Origin: a virus
Length of the DNA: 64,000 nt
IMG/VR virus record: IMGVR_UViG_3300049043_000070
Coordinates: 96,001 to 160,000 of that record
Reading direction: 5' to 3' (one strand)
Positions 57,476 through 64,000 of the stretch are shown piece by piece. Position 1 is the first letter of the stretch. Each line of letters starts with the position of its first letter. Both the position numbers and the translations under genes were made by a program. A model generated the notes under the pieces. That model saw nothing but the letters and a program-made list of their open reading frames with translations, did not search any database and was not told the origin of the DNA.

Positions 57476-57557
57476 GGGAGGATTTCCGAGTGGTTAAAGG
57501 AATCTGACTGTAAATCAGACGGCTCTGCCTTCACAGGTTCAAATCCTGTTCCTCCCA
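57476..57557 (+). tRNA. trnY: tRNA-Tyr(GTA)
   Basis: TCTGA-CTGTAAA-TCAGA, long variable arm. Confidence 0.92.
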
Positions 57558-57561
57558 CCTT

Positions 57562-57633
57562 GGCCCTATAGTGAAGTGGTTATCACGCATCTCTGTCCAA
57601 GATGTATCACGAGTTCAAATCTCGTTAGGGTCG
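57562..57633 (+). tRNA. trnD: tRNA-Asp(GTC)
   Basis: CATCT-CTGTCCA-AGATG. Confidence 0.9.
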
Positions 57634-57636
57634 CCT

Positions 57637-57708
57637 GGTCTCATCGTCTAGTGGTTAGGACAACACTCTTTCACAGTGTAGACACGGGTTCAAGTCCCGT
57701 TGAGACTA
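57637..57708 (+). tRNA. trnE: tRNA-Glu(TTC)
   Basis: ACACT-CTTTCAC-AGTGT. Confidence 0.9.
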
Positions 57709-57710
57709 TT

Positions 57711-57785
57711 GGGAACATAGGCTCCAATTGGTAGAGCACATGGTTGAAGACCTTGGTGTTGTTGGTTCAAATCCAACTGTTCCCG
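57711..57785 (+). tRNA. trnF: tRNA-Phe(GAA)
   Basis: GGGAACA/TGTTCCC, TTGAAGA loop; D-arm irregular, possibly read error. Confidence 0.82.
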
Positions 57786-57788
57786 CCT

Positions 57789-57862
57789 GGAAACATAGCT
57801 TAGTTTGGTAAAGCATTCGACTGATAATCGAAAGACCACTGGTTCGAGTCCAGTTGTTTCCA
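57789..57862 (+). tRNA. trnI: tRNA-Ile(GAT)
   Basis: TTCGA-CTGATAA-TCGAA. Confidence 0.92.
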
Positions 57863-57865
57863 CTT

Positions 57866-57948
57866 GGAAGATTGGCAGAGCGGTTAATGCAGCGGTTTGC
57901 TAAACCGTGAGGGTAACACCTCCGTTGGTTCGAATCCAACATCTTCCG
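57866..57948 (+). tRNA. trnS: tRNA-Ser(GCT)
   Basis: GCGGT-TTGCTAA-ACCGT, long variable arm. Confidence 0.92.
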
Positions 57949-57950
57949 TT

Positions 57951-58022
57951 GGCAGTGTAGTTCAGTGGTAGAACAAGAGATTCATACCCTCTATGTCGGT
58001 AGTTCAATTCTACCCACTGCCT
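57951..58022 (+). tRNA. tRNA with CAT anticodon (elongator Met or Ile2; not initiator)
   Basis: GGCAGTG/CACTGCC, TTCATAC loop; lacks initiator C1:A72 mismatch and GGG/CCC. Confidence 0.8.
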
Positions 58023-58023
58023 T

Positions 58024-58095
58024 GTGTCGTTAGCCTAGTGGTTAAGGCAGTGGTTTGTGGAACCACCCAGATGGGTTCAATTCCCATACGTCACC
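58024..58095 (+). tRNA. trnH: tRNA-His(GTG)
   Basis: GTGGT-TTGTGGA-ACCAC; acceptor has one T:T mismatch. Confidence 0.82.
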
Positions 58096-58096
58096 C

Positions 58097-58167
58097 GTTT
58101 CAGTCGCCAAGTGGTAAGGCGGAAGTCTGCAACTTCCATGCGTTGGTTCGATTCCAACCTGAAACTC
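58097..58167 (+). tRNA. trnC: tRNA-Cys(GCA), anticodon loop apparently short of two A
   Basis: GTCGCCAAGTGGTAAGGC D-arm; GAAGT-CTGCA(AA)-ACTTC; 5' end uncertain. Confidence 0.65.
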
Positions 58168-58170
58168 TAA

Positions 58171-58244
58171 TGAGAAATCGTCTAATGGTAGGACACCTCC
58201 CTTTGAAGGAGTTTATCTAGGTTCGAGTCCTAGTTTCTCAGCCA
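58171..58244 (+). tRNA. trnQ: tRNA-Gln(TTG), CCA encoded
   Basis: TGAGAAA/TTTCTCA, CTTTGAA loop. Confidence 0.9.
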
Positions 58245-58316
58245 GTTGGGTTGGTGTAATTGGTAACATCTTGGTCTCCAAAACCAAAGTTCAGAGTTCA
58301 AGTCTCTGGCCCTTCG
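58245..58316 (+). tRNA. trnW: tRNA-Trp(CCA)
   Basis: TTGGT-CTCCAAA-ACCAA; acceptor has two T:T mismatches. Confidence 0.82.
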
Positions 58317-58319
58317 CCT

Positions 58320-58394
58320 GTCCTCTTCAGCTCAGTGGAATAGAGCAATCGGCTACGAACCGATGTGTCGTAGGTTCAAATCCTACAGAGGACG
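58320..58394 (+). tRNA. trnR: tRNA-Arg(ACG)
   Basis: ATCGG-CTACGAA-CCGAT. Confidence 0.9.
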
Positions 58395-58410
58395 CTTTTC
58401 AAAAAGGAGC

Positions 58411-58439
58411 TTGACAAGACAATCTAAATACCTTAGAAT
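58411..58439 (+). promoter_or_regulatory. sigma70-type promoter with nested late core
   Basis: TTGACA-N17-TAGAAT; CTAAATA in the spacer. Confidence 0.65.
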
Positions 58440-58453
58440 TACTCAGTAATTAT

Positions 58454-58540
58454 GCTCCAGTGGTGGAACGGTAGACACAGCGGACTTAGAATCCGCCGCC
58501 CTGAAAAAGCGTGGAAGTTCAAATCTTCTCTGGAGCACCA
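58454..58540 (+). tRNA. trnL: tRNA-Leu(TAG), CCA encoded
   Basis: GCGGA-CTTAGAA-TCCGC, long variable arm. Confidence 0.92.
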
Positions 58541-58612
58541 GGGCGATTAACTCAGTGGTAGAGTGGCCTCCTTACAAGTGGTAAGTCACTGGTTCGAATC
58601 CAGTATCGCCCA
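58541..58612 (+). tRNA. trnV: tRNA-Val(TAC)
   Basis: GGGCGAT/ATCGCCC, CTTACAA loop. Confidence 0.9.
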
Positions 58613-58628
58613 TTTTTCATCATAAATT

Positions 58629-58790
58629 ATGAAAAAGAAAACTTTTAATAAACTTATCCAGGGACCCTTGCGGTTTCATCATCAAGATATTCACGAAGAA
58701 CTAGAAGACATTAAGGGAATGTTGAAAAATGTTATCAGTCAGATGCAAGAATTGCGGGAAGGAGTTAGAGGCTCACCCAACGAAAACTAG
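58629..58790 (+). CDS. small hypothetical protein
   Basis: MKKKTFNKLIQGPLRFHHQDIHEEL. Confidence 0.5.
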   Translation: MKKKTFNKLIQGPLRFHHQDIHEELEDIKGMLKNVISQMQELREGVRGSPNEN

Positions 58791-58980
58791 ATGTTGTGGA
58801 TGTCCAAACATGACATCTGTTAGAGGAGACCAAATATCCGCAGTTGATCTATCCAAAGTTGTATTAATCAATTCTGAAAAGAATATTAAGAAACAACCAT
58901 TGTTATCAAATGCTGACCTAAAATACCAGGAAGAACGACGCAAACGCAAAGTTCGCAAACTAGACTTTGAGGTACGCTAA
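58729..58980 (+). CDS. zinc-ribbon hypothetical protein
   Basis: RCKNCG...CCGCPN; RRKRKVRKLDFEVR. Confidence 0.75.
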   Translation: MLSVRCKNCGKELEAHPTKTRCCGCPNMTSVRGDQISAVDLSKVVLINSEKNIKKQPLLSNADLKYQEERRKRKVRKLDFEVR

Positions 58981-59158
58981 TGATCAATCTCCATCAACGT
59001 TATAATCATTATCTTCACACCGACAAAAAACATGATCGGGTGAATGAAAATATTATAGGTTATGGGTGGACTGATGATGGTTCAGAATTGACTGGGTATT
59101 ATGTCTTGACAGAACATCACAAGTTGTTCTATAATCTTCAAGAACAATTTCAATATAT
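58980..59158 (+). CDS. small hypothetical protein (open frame runs on into tRNA-Ser)
   Basis: MINLHQRYNHYL...GYGWTDDG; 3' end uncertain. Confidence 0.45.
59106..59135 (+). promoter_or_regulatory. sigma70-type promoter upstream of tRNA-Ser and the iron cassette
   Basis: TTGACA-N18-TATAAT. Confidence 0.65.
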
Positions 59159-59242
59159 GGAAGGGTGGCCGAGTGGTTTAAGGCAACAGTCTTGAAAACT
59201 GTCGTGTGACGAGCACCGTGGGTTCGAATCCCACCCCTTCCG
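59159..59242 (+). tRNA. trnS: tRNA-Ser(TGA)
   Basis: GGAAGGG/CCCTTCC, ACAGT-CTTGAAA-ACTGT. Confidence 0.92.
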
Positions 59243-59286
59243 TTCCCTATTATTAGGGATGACATGTCGTTCAAATAATAAAAACT

Positions 59287-60168
59287 ATGTTAATTCGTTC
59301 ATTTATTGCTGCTGGTGTTGCTGTTGCTTCTATTGCTGCTCCTGCCATGGCACAAGTCACCAGTGTTTCACAACTGAAAGACGTTCAACCTACTGAGTGG
59401 TCTTATCAGGCAATCTCAAATCTGGTTTCACGTTATGGTTGCGTTGCTGGTTATCCTAATGGCACTTTCCAGACCGGTCGCACCGCCACCCGTGCTGAAC
59501 TTGCTGCTCTCACCAATGCTTGCCTTGATAACATCACTACCTTCTACAGTGAAGCAGATGCTCGTCTTGCCTCCGCTCTTCGTGCTGAGTTCTCCCGTGA
59601 GATTGCTGCTACGAACAAGCGTGTGACTGCTCTGGAAGTTGCTGCTGCTCAAAAGGCACAAGGCGTTGGTAACTATGTTGGTGTTGGCGTTCTTCTCAAT
59701 CAGCAAGGCACTGCTGGTAATGGGTTCAGTGCTCAGCGTACCATCTCTGGTGCTACCGTTCAGGCACGTTATGCTGTGAAGAACTTCACCAACCTGAATG
59801 CTGTTTCGGTTCGTCCTTATGCTAGCTTCGTAGGTACTCCTGCTGGTCAACTGGGTTCTGGTGGTGGCGCTCTAGTGTCTTATGATTGGAGCATTTCTCG
59901 TGCCAAGTCTGGTGTGAGCCGTGCTAACGTCTACACTGGCGTTGGTTATCAGATCCCCTTCGTGAACAACACTGCTGCTAACTATCAGTCTGCTGTTGGT
60001 AATCGTGGTCAAGTTGTTCTTGCCATTGGCGTTGAAGGTCGTATCACCAACTCTCTGGTTGGTTTTGCTGATCTGAAGTTCCCTACGACCAATGCCGCTA
60101 ACAGCTACGGTGCTACTAACGGGACTTATTCTCCTGTGTTCACCACTGGACTTGGTTTCAAGTTCTGA
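59287..60168 (+). CDS. SLH-domain outer-membrane beta-barrel protein (cyanobacterial porin-like N-terminus)
   Basis: Signal peptide ending AMA; QVTSVSQLKDVQPTEWSYQAISNLVSRYGCVAGYPNGTF, TRAELAA, LRAEFSRE; amphipathic strands; terminal GLGFKF. Confidence 0.85.
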   Translation: MLIRSFIAAGVAVASIAAPAMAQVTSVSQLKDVQPTEWSYQAISNLVSRYGCVAGYPNGTFQTGRTATRAELAALTNACLDNITTFYSEADARLASALRAEFSREIAATNKRVTALEVAAAQKAQGVGNYVGVGVLLNQQGTAGNGFSAQRTISGATVQARYAVKNFTNLNAVSVRPYASFVGTPAGQLGSGGGALVSYDWSISRAKSGVSRANVYTGVGYQIPFVNNTAANYQSAVGNRGQVVLAIGVEGRITNSLVGFADLKFPTTNAANSYGATNGTYSPVFTTGLGFKF

Positions 60169-60174
60169 TATAAT

Positions 60175-60188
60175 GGGGAGAAATCCCC
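60175..60188 (+). other. GNRA-capped hairpin between porin and permease
   Basis: GGGGA-GAAA-TCCCC with no U-tract. Confidence 0.5.
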
Positions 60189-60195
60189 TAATATT

Positions 60196-61504
60196 ATGAT
60201 CTGGATTGATTCTATTTTTAACACTGGTCTTCTTATTGTGATGACCAGTGTTATTTCTGTTTTTATAGGAACTTTCACTGCTCTGTTTGCATGGAAAAGT
60301 AATCAACGATGGGCATACTTTCTCCCTCTGACGTAACACTTGCAGTTCCTCCTTGGTTGTTTACTTTTTACTTTAGTGAAACTTTTGGTATTGTAGATCC
60401 TTGGATTGGCGCTGCTATTAGCTTGGGAGTTTGTTGTAGTGTATATCCCCATAGTATTATCTCAAGCAGTTTAGCAAACCGAGCATATAAAGATTGGGAA
60501 ATGCTTCAGGTTATCAAAGGAAAGAACCTGAAGAGCTTAGCAATGGCAGTATATCCATCACTCAAAATTAGTTTACTTCCGAGCATCGCTATCGTTGCTG
60601 CTGAATGCATTACTGATTTCGGTGTATCAAACTTCTATGGATTGAATACCGTCACCATGCTCACGTATAATTTGTGGACGAGCACATGGAACTTTGGTTC
60701 TTTGGTGTGGGGTATATTCATTCTGTTGGCGATGGGTATATTGATTAGTCGTTTGGAAACGAATACGATTGTGAGTTTGACAAGTTCAAACACCACACGA
60801 AAATCAAATGTTTATGGTATCATTGCTGTGCTGCCCACATTATCATTGTTATTATTTGGCATGGTAAAATCTATTGAATGGATTGTAATGCAGGGTAGTA
60901 TTGATGTTGGTGATTTACTTTTTGAAGTTGGTAACACAATGCTCTTGGTTGGTATTGTAGTAGCAACTTGTATACTTGTTCTGATTTCTTATCTTGGTGG
61001 ATTTGCTAAATCATTTACAAGGAGATTAGGATTGGCTTCGTATGCCATTCCTGGCACTGTAGTTGGTTCAGCATTTGTCTACCTATTGGGCGGCAAACTA
61101 CCACTGATTATTCTTTTGACTTCAGCAATTACTTTCCGATACTTTGGTTTGATAATTCATTCGGTCTCAGTATCTGAAAAGGAAGTAAGAAATACTTTGA
61201 AGTAATTGATTTTTATACTCGTTCTAGATGGAAACAGTTAAATCAAAAGTTTAAACTGATCCTCTCTAGCATCATGATTGGAATGAGTTTGATTATCTTA
61301 GATGTTTTAAGAGAGCTACCAATCTCAATGGTTCTTCAACCTGTAGAGTTTCAAACTCTCGCTATGAGGATGAGTTATATTGCCAAGACAGAAAATCCCA
61401 CTCTTCTTGGATTTCATAGTATAATACTTTTACTGTTGGGAATATTTTTTAGTTTAGTCGTTGTGTGGATTACCTATGATAAAAGTAAAAAATCTCATCA
61501 TTGA
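60196..61504 (+). CDS. futB: Fe(III) ABC transporter permease (FbpB/FutB-like; two frameshifts)
   Basis: Multi-TM; LAVPPW, AECITDFGV, YAIPGTVVG, FRYFGL, DVLRELP...PVEFQTLA. Confidence 0.82.
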
Positions 61505-62433
61505 GAAACCAGATTTACAAATTAAAGACCTTGAAATAGATGAACACACAGTCATCATCGGACCCAGTGGTGCTGGTAAAACAACGTTCCTTCGTTGTGT
61601 TGCTGGTCTTGAGAACTATACTGGGGAGATTTACATTGATGGTGAACTGAAAACCGAAGTCGGATTAAATCGTGGTGTGAGTATGGCATGGCAGGATGGT
61701 AGGTTGTTGCCAAACTCTTCTGTTCGTGCTAATATTGAGTTGGGTGGCGATCCTGATTTAATTGAACACATGTGCAATCTATTCAAGATCGACCATCTTC
61801 TTGATAAGATGCCTCACGAACTTAGTGGGGGTGAAGCACAACGAATAAATATCATACGAGCAATTTGTTCACCCGCAAAGGTGGTCTTGTTGGATGAACC
61901 GATGCAGGGCATTGACCCTATCATTGTTCGTAAAACATTGAAACAGTTGCTCCATGAGCTGAAAGAAATATGATAAGATAGCATTGTTAGTCACTCATGA
62001 ACTTTATCAAGTTTATGGATTGTTTGATCGTGCTATCGTTATTAAACATGGTGAAACGATTGCACACGACGAACTTCGTTCGTTGTATGACAATCCTTTA
62101 TCACCTTGGATGGCTAACTTCTTTGGTGCATATACTGTATTGAATAAAGAAGACCTTAAAAGTTTTGAACACCATTCTAACGAAGATCCATGTATGATCC
62201 GACCAGAATGGTTTAAAATCAAAATGCCTCCTTTTAAGAAACCTTTGGAGTTCAATGCTACTGTCACTGGCGTACATTGGGATGGTCCCAGTACAAAAGT
62301 TTCCTTAGTGCTTGACGGCACAAACAAACCACTCGCTGTGGAGTTATACGCAGATTACGAAATCAAAAAAGGAGACAGAGTTTATGTCAATTTTAAGAAA
62401 AGCAGTCGCCCTACTTGGGTGCTTAACCGTTAG
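61476..62433 (+). CDS. futC: ABC ATP-binding protein (FbpC/FutC/PotA-like, C-terminal TOBE-like region; one frameshift)
   Basis: GPSGAGKTT, LSGGEAQR, LLDEP, VTHE, NFFG, IRPE. Confidence 0.9.
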
Positions 62434-63431
62434 CATCGGAGCAGTTCTACCTGCTGCCGCTGCCCCTAAGAAAACCGTTACCGTGATTACTGACCGTAGC
62501 GATTTTCACCTAAAGCCTATCTTTGAGGCTTTTGAAGAAGCAACAGGTGTTGATGTTAAAGCAGTATTTGTGGATCAAGGATCTCTTCCTGCTCGTCTAG
62601 CATCTGGAGCAGACAAAGCAGATCTATTCATCACTACAGATCTTCCTACGATTGCTACAGCAAAAGAACAAGGATATACTCAACCAATTCTTTCTGGAAA
62701 AATCAGAACTCTTGATAGAGGATTTGTAGATCCACAAAGTCATTATGCTGCTATCAGTTTCCGTGGCAGAACGATTGTTTATAATCCTAAAAAAGTAGAT
62801 GTAAAAACTTTGAGGGGTTATGATGATCTTGCTGATCCAGAATACAAAGGTCGTGTATGCATTCGTCCTTTCACTCATGTTTACAATGTAACTATGCTGA
62901 GTGAAATGATCGTTGATCGTGGTGAAGCATATGCTCGTAACTGGGTGAATGGTGTGAAGAATAATCTTGCTGTGAAACCATCTGGTAATGATCGCAACCA
63001 AGCAAAACTGAGTTGCAAATGGAATTTGTGATCTTGCTTTGATGAACACTTATTACTATGGTCTACTTCTTTCAAATAAAGCTCAAAGACCTATCGCTAA
63101 TGCTACAGAACTCTTCTTCCCCAATCAGAGTGGGAAGGGAACTTATACGCTTTACAGTGGCGTAGCAATGGCAAAAACTGCCAAACACACCAAAGAAGCA
63201 ATCCAATTGGTCGATTACCTGTTGGGTAATGTCGGACAAAATCATATCGCTCAAACTACATTTGAATATCCTGTAAATCCCAACATTAAACTTTCAGTTA
63301 TTGCTGAAGGTTTTGGTGAGGGTCAACCTGGCATCAAAGATGGCAAAGCAAAATTTGCACGTATGAACCCCGCTAGAGTTGCTAAATATCGTGAGACCGC
63401 TGCTAAGATCTTGGCAGAGGCAAGCAAGTGA
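62384..63431 (+). CDS. futA: periplasmic Fe(III)-binding protein (FbpA/FutA/IdiA family; frameshift near 63020)
   Basis: Signal peptide; KPIFEAFEEATGV, ADLFIT, RGRTIVYN, GYDDLADPEYKGRVCIR, HVYN, GNDRNQ, NTYYYG, FEYPV. Confidence 0.9.
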
Positions 63432-63442
63432 TATAATGATCT

Positions 63443-63476
63443 GGGGGTTGACAAAACCCCCTTTTTAACTTATGAT
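63443..63476 (+). terminator. terminator closing the iron cassette, overlapping a sigma70 promoter for tRNA-Pro
   Basis: GGGGGTT-GACAA-AACCCCC-TTTTT; TTGACA 63448-N17-TATGAT 63471. Confidence 0.75.
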
Positions 63477-63487
63477 GAAACTTATAA

Positions 63488-63559
63488 CGGGGCGTAAGTC
63501 AGCGGTAGACGGCTTGCTTTGGGAGCAAGAAGACACTGGTTCGATCCCAGTCGCCCCGA
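63488..63559 (+). tRNA. trnP: tRNA-Pro(TGG)
   Basis: CGGGGCG/CGCCCCG, CTTGC-TTTGGGA-GCAAG. Confidence 0.9.
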
Positions 63560-63587
63560 TCTTTCCTATATAATTTTTTAGGTGCCG

Positions 63588-63833
63588 ATGTCTTTTACCA
63601 TCTACTCCAAAACAGGTTGTCCTTTCTGTGAGAAATGTATTGCTGTCATGGAACATGAAGGTTTCACACATGTAATTTATCAATTAGATAAAGATTTTAC
63701 CATTGATGAATTCTATGCTGAATTTGGCGAAGGATCCACATTTCCACAAATTACCTTGGATGGCATTCAACTTGGTGGATGTCAAGAAACTGTTAAATAT
63801 TTACAAAAAAACAATGTCTGCTGCAATGTCTGA
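63588..63833 (+). CDS. glutaredoxin
   Basis: YSKTGCPFC, STFPQI, LGGC. Confidence 0.9.
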   Translation: MSFTIYSKTGCPFCEKCIAVMEHEGFTHVIYQLDKDFTIDEFYAEFGEGSTFPQITLDGIQLGGCQETVKYLQKNNVCCNV

Positions 63834-64000
63834 AGAAACTACTGAAATCACTGAACTTGAGCTTGAAAAAAACTTTGATGAAATTATTGAACGTGTAGAA
63901 GCAGGAGAAACATTCATCATTCGTAGAGATGATGGGTCTGCGGTTGCCATGGTTCCGGCATCTTTAGTAGAAGAAGCTGGAGTTGATCTGAAGACACTTT
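63826..64000 (+). CDS. Phd/YefM-like hypothetical protein, truncated by window end
   Basis: ELEKNFDEIIERVEAGETFIIRRDDGSAVAMVP. Confidence 0.5.
   Translation, partial: MSEETTEITELELEKNFDEIIERVEAGETFIIRRDDGSAVAMVPASLVEEAGVDLKTL

Noticed and set aside
58097-58167. Reading this tRNA as Ala(TGC)
   Set aside because: That reading puts C at position 33 and lacks the G3:U70 Ala determinant; the D-arm and a restored A-run give a normal Cys(GCA)
57312-58612. CRISPR-like array
   Set aside because: The periodicity comes from tRNA genes; no constant direct repeat with unique spacers anywhere in the window
59243-59286. Fur box upstream of the iron cassette
   Set aside because: AT-rich, but no convincing GATAAT-repeat inverted array by eye; a PWM scan would be needed
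59287-63431. Iron cassette as a prophage/host-chromosome junction
   Set aside because: Phage-type genes, tRNAs and promoter/terminator designs continue on both sides and no integrase or att repeat is seen; a chimeric assembly still needs read-level exclusion
1341-63683. Many alternative-frame and antisense ORFs in the six-frame track
   Set aside because: They overlap well-supported genes or tRNAs, have no motifs and no expression signals; treated as shadow ORFs
1-64000. Dozens of split genes read as pseudogenes, programmed frameshifts or stop-codon recoding
   Set aside because: Breaks hit essential genes (gp17, gp18, gp20, gp23, gp43, gp41, nrdA), continue in another frame rather than through a stop, and often fall in homopolymers (e.g. 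CTATTTTGGC at the gp20 start). This pattern fits long-read indel error.

Overview
Lytic T4-like (myovirus) cyanophage genome segment, most like freshwater Synechococcus/Cyanobium myophages. Gene order: accessory/structural genes, neck-tail-head block (gp13-gp23), gp3/uvsY/uvsW/gp55, gp47/gp46, VWA protein plus CobS-like AAA ATPase, replisome (gp45, gp44, gp62, regA, gp43, uvsX, gp41, gp61), nrdAB, cell-wall hydrolase cluster, 18 tRNA genes, glutaredoxin. Most long genes are split by single-base indels, often in homopolymers. This looks like uncorrected long-read error, so coordinates below join the fragments. The main finding is a four-gene iron-uptake cassette between tRNA-Ser(TGA) and tRNA-Pro(TGG) at 59287-63431: an SLH-domain outer-membrane beta-barrel protein, then FbpB/FutB permease, FbpC/FutC ATPase and FbpA/FutA Fe(III)-binding protein. 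Other observations: a U32-family/SAM-methyltransferase fusion, an antisense GIY-YIG endonuclease with its own late promoter, a structured 5' leader on an rlpA-like gene, a palindromic motif at fixed distance from three promoters, promoters nested in terminator loops, and a 54-aa module shared by the tail sheath and an Ig-domain protein. All assignments are by motif recognition only; no searches were run.
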